Positions 1 to 8,726 of a stretch of DNA of 64,000 bases are shown in pieces (positions within the stretch are counted from its first letter, which is position 1; every line of letters begins with the position of its first letter). Under the pieces are notes generated by a model. The model was not told the origin of the DNA and ran no database searches. It saw only the letters and a program-made list of their open reading frames with translations. This stretch comes from Candidatus Latescibacterota bacterium (GTDB taxonomy: Bacteria > Latescibacterota > UBA2968 > UBA8231): contig CBDCXV010000009.1 in assembly GCA_965223905.1 (NCBI GenBank), positions 192,001-256,000 on the forward strand. Direction: 5' to 3'. The translations under genes were made by a program, and so were the position numbers.

Positions 1-35
1 TGCGCCACGACTTCGCGGTGAACGCGACCCTGTAA
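1..35 (+). CDS. 3' end of an unidentified upstream gene (partial)
   Basis: Frame 3 reads RHDFAVNATL with GC-rich third positions and ends at TAA 33-35; too short to identify. Confidence 0.35.
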   Translation, partial: RHDFAVNATL

Positions 36-277
36 CGGTTCCCGGGGCCGGTACCTGGCCCCGAAATACCGTGGATCTCCGATATTTCGCAGGAGGGTAT
101 TTTTTCGCGGCCTCCCCCGGATTGCAGGGACACTTGGGAGTTTTCTTAGTAACATGCTGTTTTTCAACGGTTTGTATCACCATAACAACGATGGGCAAGG
201 GCGCTGGCACACCGGTTGCAATACCCGGGGCAGTCAACCCAGCGATTCGGAGAATCGCAAACCAAAGGAGACGCACC

Positions 278-376
278 ATGAACGCTCGTTACTTCGCATC
301 CGGAATCGCCCTCTTCGTCGTCAGCGTCACCTGGGTGTTCGGCGCTTTCCACTACGTCGCCAGCATCACGGCATAG
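278..376 (+). CDS. Small single-pass membrane peptide (32 aa)
   Basis: AAGGAG (265-270) lies 7 nt before ATG 278; MNARYFASGIALFVVSVTWVFGAFHYVASITA; host-like codon use; terminator follows. Confidence 0.65.
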   Translation: MNARYFASGIALFVVSVTWVFGAFHYVASITA

Positions 377-400
377 CGGCAGCGTCCAGGAGGAAACCGC

Positions 401-448
401 AAAGCGCCCGGTTCCTGGAGAAAGGTCTCAGGCACCGGGCGCTTTTTT
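401..448 (+). terminator. Rho-independent terminator
   Basis: AAAGCGCCCGGTTCCTGGAGA-AAGG-TCTCAGGCACCGGGCGC hairpin followed by TTTTTT. Confidence 0.8.
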
Positions 449-713
449 GCGCTCGCCAACGGGTCAGATCGGGTTCCGTCTTCGCTCTCGTGCTTGACAA
501 CCGCCATTCTCCAAGGGGGCCCTCAATACCGTCCTCGACAGGTTGAGGAAGGCCGCCCGTGCAGTTTCCCTGCGCGCCGATCTACTATCGGACCGGGCGG
601 CTGGCGTGTTGTCGGAGGTGGAAGAAGCGTGGGTGAACGCGAAGCCGCAGAGGGTGCGACCTTATTCAAACGGTGGGCGACCGGCGATCCTTTCCGGCAC
701 GGCGTACCCTTCG

Positions 714-2831
714 TTACAAGCTCCTCTCGATCGCCGCTGCAATCTCGTCCGTATCGTTAACTCCAATCCCGGACAGGCGCTTCAAAATCAGGCCCTGGGA
801 GTCGACGAGGAAGTAGGAAGGCAAGGCTCTCACGCTGTATGCCCTGGCTACCTCCGAGCCCCAGCCTTCGGCGCGAACGTGCACGCCTTCGATCTCGTGC
901 TTTTCAATCGCCTTTCGCCGGGCCGCATCGTCCTCGTCCAGCGACAGGTTGAGAAAGACGACCGGCTGGGCGGCCGTCCTTTCCTTGATCTTGCGGAGAT
1001 GGGGCAGGTCGCTGATACAGGGCCCGCACCAGCTCGCCCAGAAATCGAGCAGGATCACCTTGCCCTTGAACTGGCTCAGCCACACCGGCTCCCCGTCGAG
1101 ATCGTGGAGGGTGAATTCCGGAGCCGGTTGCCCGGGTTGCAGCTTGAGGGCGTCGTTAAGGGCGGCCTGGACCGCCTCGGTGTATTCCGGGTAGGGGTTG
1201 ATCTCCTCGAAGTCCTCCCATTTACGGAGGGCCAAGGCAAACGCTTCGCTTCCCTGCCTGAATCCCTCGATCAGCTCTCCGGCCAGAAACCAGTAGAGCA
1301 CCCGCCCTTCCAGTTTATGCTTGGCGAGATCGTACCTGTTTGAAAAACTCCATGTCCGGACTACCTGCCCGGAAGTATAGATCGAGTCGAGTTGGGCCTG
1401 CACTGCTTCCGACAAACCCAGGACAGACAGATCGATCGTCGCGGACAACCGGAGCGGTTGGCGGTTTTCGTACATCGAGTCGAGCTGGGCACGAGCCGGT
1501 TCTGACAGCCAGGGTAGATTGAGTTTCTCGGATAGCCTGGGCTCTTTGGTCAGGGAATCCATCGGTATTTCCAGTGGGGTGTAGAAGGCCAGGTTTCCGC
1601 CCGTGGTATCCACCCTGGGTTCTTCAATCCCAGTTGAAGTGGTGAAACTGTAGGATCTGGACTTTTGGTAGAGGGAATCGAGCTGGGCCTGGGCGGTCTC
1701 CGAAAGACCAAACACGGATAAATCGAACTGCTGGGAGAGCTTGGGATGCCTTTTCTTTTCGTACATCGAGTCGAGCCGGGCCTGGGCAGATTGCAACAAA
1801 CCAACCGCTGACAGATCGATCATTTTCGACAGCCTGGGCCGTCGACCGTCCTTATCGAACAGGGAGTCGAGCTGGGCCCGGGTCTTCTCCGACAACTTTA
1901 AATCCGATAGATCGAATATTTCGGAGAACCTGGGCGCCCTGGGTGGTACGGGTATCTTGTCCAACTCCCCGTGATCTCTGGGCGGGCGGCCGATAGCTCC
2001 CTTTGACCGCCTGGGTGGTCTGTCCAGCTCTTCCAACTCCCAGTCCAAGGTCCGCACCAGAAAGGTGTGATAGTCCATCGTGTCAATTGCCTTCTCATCG
2101 ACCAGGGGGATTTCCTGGAGAAAGTCGAAGTGCTCTGGGGGGATATCCCTGTTCTCGTGGCCGTTGGCAAAGAGGTACTCCGTCGGGTAGGAAATCATGC
2201 GCATGGCCCAATCGTAGTTGAAGTCGGCCGTCGCATAGTCGATGAAACCCGGAGACAGCGAGTATTTCTCGCGCCCCTCGGACAGGAACTCGAGCTGCTC
2301 CCGACGCCGCTGGTCTACCTGTCGCTTGAAGTCCTCGACCTCCAGATCCTCGTAGTCTAGGCGAAAATGGAGGAAGCGCGGAATCCACTCGGAAATGAAG
2401 CGGCTGTTGTCGGCGTTGGGACCGCTGAACGAGTAGGAGGGGCCGAAATAGCCGGTGTCGATCGTGATGTGCAGACTGTCCTGGGGCTCGACGAAGAAGA
2501 CGAGGGGATTGCTCTCGAAGAGGAAGGACCCTATCCAGCGAACCCATTTCCATCCGGGTTGGCCGCTGTCGAAATACCCCATGACCAGAGTGCCCCGGCT
2601 GACGGGCAGCTCAAAAGCGAAGCGGTTCAGGCTGTCGAGAGCGACGCGCTCTTCGGAGCTGCCCAGGCCGGACGGCGGCCTGAAGCTGAAGGCGACTTCC
2701 CGCGAGGCCGGGTTGCGGACTTCCCCGGTGATGATCGCGACTGATGGCTTGCTCTGGGCGCCTTCCGCTGCCAGGCAGGTGCTCGACGCAATCAGTGCGG
2801 CAACTAGCAAACTGCAGAATCGGTGGGCCAT
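714..2831 (-). CDS. Secreted TlpA/redoxin-family thiol-disulfide oxidoreductase with internal repeats
   Basis: Signal peptide; C-terminal GQPAPEFTLHDLDG...LLDFWASWCGPC...ALPSYFLVD thioredoxin-fold domain. Confidence 0.85.
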   Translation of the reverse strand: MAHRFCSLLVAALIASSTCLAAEGAQSKPSVAIITGEVRNPASREVAFSFRPPSGLGSSEERVALDSLNRFAFELPVSRGTLVMGYFDSGQPGWKWVRWIGSFLFESNPLVFFVEPQDSLHITIDTGYFGPSYSFSGPNADNSRFISEWIPRFLHFRLDYEDLEVEDFKRQVDQRRREQLEFLSEGREKYSLSPGFIDYATADFNYDWAMRMISYPTEYLFANGHENRDIPPEHFDFLQEIPLVDEKAIDTMDYHTFLVRTLDWELEELDRPPRRSKGAIGRPPRDHGELDKIPVPPRAPRFSEIFDLSDLKLSEKTRAQLDSLFDKDGRRPRLSKMIDLSAVGLLQSAQARLDSMYEKKRHPKLSQQFDLSVFGLSETAQAQLDSLYQKSRSYSFTTSTGIEEPRVDTTGGNLAFYTPLEIPMDSLTKEPRLSEKLNLPWLSEPARAQLDSMYENRQPLRLSATIDLSVLGLSEAVQAQLDSIYTSGQVVRTWSFSNRYDLAKHKLEGRVLYWFLAGELIEGFRQGSEAFALALRKWEDFEEINPYPEYTEAVQAALNDALKLQPGQPAPEFTLHDLDGEPVWLSQFKGKVILLDFWASWCGPCISDLPHLRKIKERTAAQPVVFLNLSLDEDDAARRKAIEKHEIEGVHVRAEGWGSEVARAYSVRALPSYFLVDSQGLILKRLSGIGVNDTDEIAAAIERSL
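1370..1940 (-). repeat. Five ~30-aa intragenic repeats, consensus PRLSxxxDLSxxGLSExAxAQLDSxY
   Basis: PRFSEIFDLSDLKLSEKTRAQLDSLF; PRLSKMIDLSAVGLLQSAQARLDSMY; PKLSQQFDLSVFGLSETAQAQLDSLY; PRLSEKLNLPWLSEPARAQLDSMY; LRLSATIDLSVLGLSEAVQAQLDSIY (coordinates approximate). Confidence 0.85.
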
Positions 2832-3280
2832 GGGGAGTTCTCCGGACCAGATCAGGTCGATGCGACGGGGAGTAGCTTACTGGCGGGCACCAGGAAGGGG
2901 CTGAGGCCTTCGTTACCGCGGGGTTCTTCTATTCCCTTCTATAAACCGGCTGGATCGAAAGCAGCTGAAAAAGAAGCTGCCCCCCGGCGGCCCAGTGGTG
3001 GTGAAGGTCGTTTTGCAGGGAGGCCGGGCAACCGGCCGGGATGGTGGTCAGCACATGCGGGAGCCCGAATCTGCTGCGCCGCGGCTCTCAGGGTCCGTAC
3101 TTTTCGACAGGCTCCCCACTTTATGGCCGCTACTTCCGGTTACGGCGTCCTGCTTGTCGGATACGAAGCCAGCAGACACCACAGACAAAAGACATGAAGC
3201 GCAAGCCAGGTTGCTGAAGTGATTCATAATGGCGCGGCGGTCCAGTGTCAGCAGTATAGGGCATTGTCAAGGGGTTCTCT

Positions 3281-5452
3281 TCAGTCGTTCTGCAGGGCCT
3301 TGAAGACGACCAGGTGGTTTTTCATGACCGCACAGATGTGATCGGCCACAGGAATCAAGGTGCTGTGCATGGACACCCGGTAGGGAACAGGGGCAGGCGG
3401 TGATTCAAGAGGAGCAAGAGGTCCGGATAGTTCGGCAAGGTCGCCCAGATCTCCTACCTCAACCCTAAGGTTCATCAGGGTCAGCGGTCGCACCAAAGGG
3501 TTACGTGAATCTCCGAACCCGTCTCCAAGGTGCAGGGTTTCCCGCGGTAACAAGGCGCCGTACCGGGCGACGTCATAGGCCGTGATCCTGTCCTGTGACA
3601 GGGAGTAGACAAAGTCCCCGTACAGGGTCAGTTCAAAGGCGGAAGATTCCCCAGGGATAGATTCCCCAGGAAAAAAATCAATCTCCTCCGGTCGCCGCGG
3701 ATCGCCAATGTCGAGCACGGCCAGCTCCCGGGGCCAGTAGCGCTGGACGTACGCCCTGTCGCCGATCAGAGAAATGGGCCCCAATGCCTCCGGCACGGCA
3801 ATTCGAAAAAAGTACTGCCAGTCTCCAGTCCGCCGGTGGTGCTTCATGAGGAACAGGTGCGGCCCTATCTTTTCCAGGTGCGAGGCAATTTCGGCTGGCA
3901 TTTGAGACAGCTGGAGATGGAATTCTTCGATCAGCTCTTCATACTGCCTGGAGCGTCCGAAGCGCCGCAGGGGAGTCCGGCTCAGCTCTTTCATACCGGC
4001 GGGGTCGGTCAGATCGAGGACGACGAAGTCGTGGCCCAAGGTCAGAAAGGCGTGCATGCCGGCAAAGCGTATTTCCCAGTAGTTGTTCCAGACATGATTG
4101 ATTCGCTCTTCGATCCGCAGCACGTGGACGGGTTGGGGCAGACCTCCTTCCCGCACGTCGAAGCTGTGCAGCTCCAGGAACTCGCTGTTGAGCATGCCGG
4201 CGTACAGAAACCCCTCCCGGACGGCCCACCCCACTAGTTCCGGAGTGTGCTTCAGCCAGGGGGTAGGGCCCGCCTCGATGGGATAGAGGAAGCGCTGCGC
4301 TTGCAGTTGGGGGAGCTCGGGCAGGCTGATGTCGAATACCGCCACCCCCACGCTGTCCTGCACTTCGGCCGATCCCCAGGCGTAGGCCTTGGAGCCTGAC
4401 AGGGCGAGCCGCCAGAGCCGCCAGCCTGCGATTTCCGCCCGTCCGATCTCTCTCGGTGCCCGCCAGTCCGCCACGTCTACGACGCTCACTCCATTCTCCA
4501 GCAGCACAACCGCCAACCTGTCTTTCAGCGCAAGGTCTGCGATTTTTATTTCATAGGGCACCCGAACCACCGGCTCGACAGGGTCTTCCGTGGGAGGAGA
4601 GTGCATCGTGGGAGGAGAGTGCATTTTTCCGACCGTGATGACGCCGAAACTCACCAGGACGAGCGAACTCATAACCCAGTGGAACAGCCTGTTCACCGGC
4701 GCCCGCAAACCCTTGCGAACCCACAGGAGCACACCAGCGGCCAGCATGAGGGCACCCACCGTCCTGGCCAACAGCAGCGATGGGTCGAAGGCCTGGCGCA
4801 GGATCCCCGCCTTCCAGTCCAGATCAGTTTCGAAAACCAGCGTGATATAGTACCAAGCTGCATCAGAAAGGAGTTGTGCTGAGATTCCCAGAAAAAAGAA
4901 GCCGGCCCAGGCCACCATCAGGCCTGTCACCGCTGCCTTGAGAGGCGAGTCGCTCAGGGTCGACGCCAGAAACACCGCGGCGTACACAGCCATGTAGAGA
5001 AAAAACCAGAGCAGCAGTATGCGGCCGTACCCGACATCCGTCAGGATCTCTTCCTGATATGGAGGCCGGAAGGCTCCCGGGTCCCAGAAAAAGCCCCAGA
5101 GGAAGTTCGTATTTCCCCATTCCGGCATTCCGAGGTACACCCCGGCCCAGTACGCGGCCAGTACCGCCAGCAGCCCTGCCGCCCCGACCGCGAACTTCGC
5201 TGCCAGCAGCCGTCCAGGAGACAGCGGCCGGCTCAACAGAAAGGACAACGTCCCCCGGCTTCGCTCCCCGGCCACCAGGTCCGTGCCCATCAGCACCGCA
5301 CCGAAAACTCCTGCCAGATGGCAAACTGTTTTTATCGAGAAGTCCGGATCGATATGGCCCAACCCGAGGAGCAGAGCCACGCAGGAGCCGGCGCCGATCT
5401 TGAAGGCCGCTTCCCGCCCTTCCTTCCACAGCAGAGCTCGTACCGGATTCAT
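3281..5452 (-). CDS. ABC-2-type permease fused to a C-terminal LVIVD-like beta-propeller region
   Basis: Start MNPVRALLWKEGRE overlaps the ATPase stop (ATGA); GERSRGTLSFLLSRP permease motif; several TM helices; repeats GVSVVDVAD, GVAVFDISLP, FVVLDLTDP, LAVLDIGDP. Confidence 0.8.
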   Translation of the reverse strand: MNPVRALLWKEGREAAFKIGAGSCVALLLGLGHIDPDFSIKTVCHLAGVFGAVLMGTDLVAGERSRGTLSFLLSRPLSPGRLLAAKFAVGAAGLLAVLAAYWAGVYLGMPEWGNTNFLWGFFWDPGAFRPPYQEEILTDVGYGRILLLWFFLYMAVYAAVFLASTLSDSPLKAAVTGLMVAWAGFFFLGISAQLLSDAAWYYITLVFETDLDWKAGILRQAFDPSLLLARTVGALMLAAGVLLWVRKGLRAPVNRLFHWVMSSLVLVSFGVITVGKMHSPPTMHSPPTEDPVEPVVRVPYEIKIADLALKDRLAVVLLENGVSVVDVADWRAPREIGRAEIAGWRLWRLALSGSKAYAWGSAEVQDSVGVAVFDISLPELPQLQAQRFLYPIEAGPTPWLKHTPELVGWAVREGFLYAGMLNSEFLELHSFDVREGGLPQPVHVLRIEERINHVWNNYWEIRFAGMHAFLTLGHDFVVLDLTDPAGMKELSRTPLRRFGRSRQYEELIEEFHLQLSQMPAEIASHLEKIGPHLFLMKHHRRTGDWQYFFRIAVPEALGPISLIGDRAYVQRYWPRELAVLDIGDPRRPEEIDFFPGESIPGESSAFELTLYGDFVYSLSQDRITAYDVARYGALLPRETLHLGDGFGDSRNPLVRPLTLMNLRVEVGDLGDLAELSGPLAPLESPPAPVPYRVSMHSTLIPVADHICAVMKNHLVVFKALQND
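4589..4624. repeat. 18-bp tandem duplication encoding MHSPPT x2
   Basis: cgtgggaggagagtgcat twice in tandem, in the linker after the last TM helix. Confidence 0.9.
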
Positions 5453-6348
5453 ACCCCTCCTCCTCCGGCGGCGTGAACGTATGCCACGAAAGCATCCTCG
5501 AGCCCCAGGTCTTCCACCCCGGCGATGCGCCCGCTCTGCGCCTCGATCAGGGCGGCCTGTTCCCCGCCGTACCCCACCACCGTCAACAGCCGCTGCGCCC
5601 CGGTTCCCTGCACCTCCCGCAATCCGGGGATTCCGGTCAGTGGACCGGCGCCATCCGGCATGCGCACCGCCACCCGCTTGACCGACTGCTTCACGTCGTC
5701 CACCGGCCCTTCCGCCACCAGGCGGCCCTGCTCGATGATGGCGACCCGGTCGGCGACCCGCTCCACCTCGTGCACGAGGTGCGACGACAGGAAGACGGTG
5801 CGCCCCTCCTCCTGGATGAGCCCGATGATGCTCTCGAGGAAATCGCGCCGGACCACCACGTCGAGCCCGGAGGCCGGCTCGTCGAGGATCAGCAGGCGCG
5901 GCTCGTGCCCCAGGGCCAGGGCGAGGGCGAGCTGGGCGTTCATGCCGCGGGAGAGGTGCTTGACCTTCTGCTCCGGGTCCAGGCCGAAGCGCTCGATGAG
6001 CTCCTCGACTTTGCCGGTATTCCAGGTGGCGTAAAACTGGCCGGTGAACCAGGCCAGCTCGCGCACCTTCATCCACCCGTACATGACCGGGTTCTCCGCC
6101 ACGTAGCCCACCTGCCGGCGCAGCGACAGCGAGTCCTGCGCCGGGTCGAGCCCGAGCACTTCCACCTGCCCGGCCGTGGGGGTGAGCAGGTTCATCAGGA
6201 TCCGGATGGTCGTGGTCTTGCCGGCCCCGTTGCGCCCGAGGAACCCGCAGACCGCGCCTGTGGGCACCTTCAGGTCGAGGTCCTCCACGGCGGCGCGCTT
6301 GCCGAAGCGGTGAGTCAGACCTGCCATGGCGATCGCCGTATCAGTCAT
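5449..6348 (-). CDS. ABC transporter ATP-binding protein (YtrB-like)
   Basis: Walker A GRNGAGKTT, signature LSRGM, Walker B LLILDEP, H-loop SSH. Confidence 0.95.
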   Translation of the reverse strand: MTDTAIAMAGLTHRFGKRAAVEDLDLKVPTGAVCGFLGRNGAGKTTTIRILMNLLTPTAGQVEVLGLDPAQDSLSLRRQVGYVAENPVMYGWMKVRELAWFTGQFYATWNTGKVEELIERFGLDPEQKVKHLSRGMNAQLALALALGHEPRLLILDEPASGLDVVVRRDFLESIIGLIQEEGRTVFLSSHLVHEVERVADRVAIIEQGRLVAEGPVDDVKQSVKRVAVRMPDGAGPLTGIPGLREVQGTGAQRLLTVVGYGGEQAALIEAQSGRIAGVEDLGLEDAFVAYVHAAGGGGV

Positions 6349-6757
6349 CGGTTCGCATCCTTCCTGTCGATCCTTTTTTTCCGAACTTGTTTAGGCGCTC
6401 CCGGAATACCTCGCGCATCTCCGCCGGGCTCAGCCCCAACTCGACGGCCTCGACCAGGGCCTTGTCGAGCAGTCGCCGCACGATTTCGAACCTCTCCTCC
6501 CGGCTCATGGTCACGGCCTTTTCGGCCACGTAGGTGCCCATGCCCCGCTTCTTGTAGATCAGCCCCCCTCGCTCCAGTTCGAGATACGCCCGCACCACGG
6601 TATTGGGATTGATCAGGTACTGCCCAGACAGGGCGCGCACCGAGGGGAGCTCGTCATGCGCTCGGTGCACCCCGGTGGCGATCTGGTACTTGATCTGCTC
6701 GATGATCTGCAGATAGATGGGAACCCCGCTGGCCGGGTCTATGCGAAGGTGTAGGAT
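6341..6757 (-). CDS. GntR family regulator, YtrA subfamily (expected start codon reads ATC)
   Basis: Frame reads (I)LHLRIDPASGVPIYLQIIEQIKYQIATG...LPSVRAL...INPNTVVRAYLELE...KRGMGTYV; AGGAG 7 nt before ATC 6757-6755; in-frame TGA just upstream of the RBS. Confidence 0.85.
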   Translation of the reverse strand: MLHLRIDPASGVPIYLQIIEQIKYQIATGVHRAHDELPSVRALSGQYLINPNTVVRAYLELERGGLIYKKRGMGTYVAEKAVTMSREERFEIVRRLLDKALVEAVELGLSPAEMREVFRERLNKFGKKGSTGRMRTDD

Positions 6758-6951
6758 GCTGAGGCTCCTGTGTCAGCCCGTTGATATGGTTGCTCTGCTG
6801 ACGAGGTTGTCAGGTTCGGCTGCAGCCCGGATGGGCTTCTTCAACGGGCGGTCACAATTCAGGCAGGCCATCGCGAGGGGGGGGGGGAACCCCTTGCCGT
6901 CTTCGCTGCTGCGTGCGGCGGATGCTGCCGGTTTACCGGAAGGATGACCAA

Positions 6952-6987
6952 AGTATCACTGTATCATTAAACCGATACAGTGATACT
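6952..6987. promoter_or_regulatory. YtrA-type operator (inverted repeat)
   Basis: Perfect 14-bp arms AGTATCACTGTATC-N8-GATACAGTGATACT with a TGTA...TACA core, upstream of the GntR gene. Confidence 0.75.
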
Positions 6988-7013
6988 GTACGGATCAACC
7001 TGCGTTCAGGCAA
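6985..7013 (-). promoter_or_regulatory. Putative sigma70 promoter of the gntR-ABC operon
   Basis: TTGCCT-N17-TACAGT on the minus strand; the -10 box overlaps the operator. Confidence 0.55.
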
Positions 7014-7345
7014 GCACTAATTCCCGACGAAACCAGGTGGCCGCGATTTCAAACGAGCTCGATGTATGAGGAAGTGGTTCAACCCAGTGAGGACAAGAGT
7101 GTTCGGTTCCGTCAATTCCATCCCGTTTCTGATGGTCCTGCTGTTCTGGTTGGGACGAAGCCGGGACAGCGAAAGGTTGATATCCAATACACGGCTCGCC
7201 TCAACCTGGGATGCATGTTGGGGGATACAGGACGCGACCAGGCGCATGGGGCCAGAACGAAAACGCAGCAGTATTTCAGGTTCATGAAACACGTTTGCAA
7301 ATCCGGTAAAAGAAACTCCAGGATATCCATCCTTTCTGTTTGCTT

Positions 7346-8377
7346 TCACTTCTGTTTCGACCCGCAGGATTCCCGTACGACCAGGCGGGACTTGAAGGTC
7401 ACTTGCCGAGCGGTATCCTGGCCCTGCAGTTGTTCCATCATCAGGTCCATTGCGGCCGTGGCGACCTCCTCGTACGGGATTGCCAGTGTAGTCAGGGCCG
7501 GGGTCAAATAAGCCGCCACGTTCAGATCGCCGTTGCCCACGACAGCCACATCCTCAGGTACGCGAATTCCTGACTCCTGCAGCCCTCGGCAAACACCTAT
7601 GGCGGTATAATCGCAGTGACAGACGAGGGCGGTGAACCGGCCGCCGATTACCTTTCCCCGGCGATACCCCCCATCCATACGGACTTCCCCTGAAGACAGG
7701 AACTCAGGTGCCAGACCGGACTTCCCCAATGCCGCGGGGTACCCTTTGGCCTCGTCCGAAACGACAGTGGCCTCATCCCGGTCAGGCTCTCCCGGTCCGA
7801 TATACCCGATGCGGTTGTGACCCAGGTTGACCAGATGTTCCGTGGCCTCGCGAAAAGCGGATTCATTGTCGAGCGCGACGCCGATCAGGTTTGGAGTCGG
7901 GTGGACAAGGGTCACTACCGGGACTCGATCCATTACCGCGTTCAAAATGCGATCAGACCCTTCCGAGCCGCCTTGCGGGTAGATCAGGAGTCCGTCTATG
8001 CCCCGGGAGATCAACTCCTTGATCTGCATGGCCTGGTCGTCATGTGGAGCCCTGGACACCAGGGGAGAGGAAAGACCAAGCAGGACCTGATAACTGTGCT
8101 CCCCGGCCGCCCTCAGCAGTCGGGCGGTCAGATTTCCCAATGTCTCCAGGGAAGCATCGTGGGTCAGCAGCCCCAGCGTACCGGTCTTTCGCGTGACGAT
8201 CGCCCGCGCCATCAAGTTGGGGCTGTAGTCCATCTCCGCGGCCAGTTTTTGCACGCGTTTGCGAGTCTTTTCGTTTACCAATGATGACGCATTCCGGGAC
8301 AGCGCTCGCGATACGGTTGAATGGGAAATACCCAACCGCTTTGCAATGTCCTTGATGGTAACTTGCTTTTTTTTCAT
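7346..8377 (-). CDS. LacI family transcriptional regulator
   Basis: VTIKDIAKRLGISHSTVSRAL HTH; YSPNLMARAI hinge; C-terminal VPEDVAVVG...PALTT...LVVRESC. Confidence 0.95.
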   Translation of the reverse strand: MKKKQVTIKDIAKRLGISHSTVSRALSRNASSLVNEKTRKRVQKLAAEMDYSPNLMARAIVTRKTGTLGLLTHDASLETLGNLTARLLRAAGEHSYQVLLGLSSPLVSRAPHDDQAMQIKELISRGIDGLLIYPQGGSEGSDRILNAVMDRVPVVTLVHPTPNLIGVALDNESAFREATEHLVNLGHNRIGYIGPGEPDRDEATVVSDEAKGYPAALGKSGLAPEFLSSGEVRMDGGYRRGKVIGGRFTALVCHCDYTAIGVCRGLQESGIRVPEDVAVVGNGDLNVAAYLTPALTTLAIPYEEVATAAMDLMMEQLQGQDTARQVTFKSRLVVRESCGSKQK

Positions 8378-8726
8378 TGGCGGAATCTATCCCAAGTATA
8401 GGGAAAACAAAATTTGGTCACAGCAAAAGAAATATTTTTGATTGGGATTTTTTCTGGGTTTTCCGGGAAGTGTCCGGCATTCCCTTTTTAGGTTTTCCCA
8501 TACGGTTTCTTGCGGGCAGTCGCGTCGGAGTGTTAGCCTTTCGGAGTTTGTGTGGGCGAAACTACTCAAAGGGGGTACCCGTTTACTTCCGTGGTGGGAA
8601 TAAAGGTTGTGAAAACCGGTCACGTTTCCTTCACTTTTTCGGGCAACACACCTTTGCCGAGGGTCGATGGCGTTTACCGGATCAGCAGCCATCCATCGCA
8701 AATCCGCTCCAAAGGCAGGCCGAGAC

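Noticed and set aside
205-260. c-di-GMP-I riboswitch-like GGCACAC...GCAA segment
   Set aside because: The stem is imperfect, and the CGCAAAG junction and second domain are absent
5453-6076. N-terminal extension of the 931-aa ORF
   Set aside because: Alternative frame inside the ABC ATPase; the permease starts at the ATGA overlap (5452)
7284-7300. LacI operator-like sequences (also near 207-220 and 8609-8623)
   Set aside because: Only partial palindromes that disagree with each other; not supportable without comparative data
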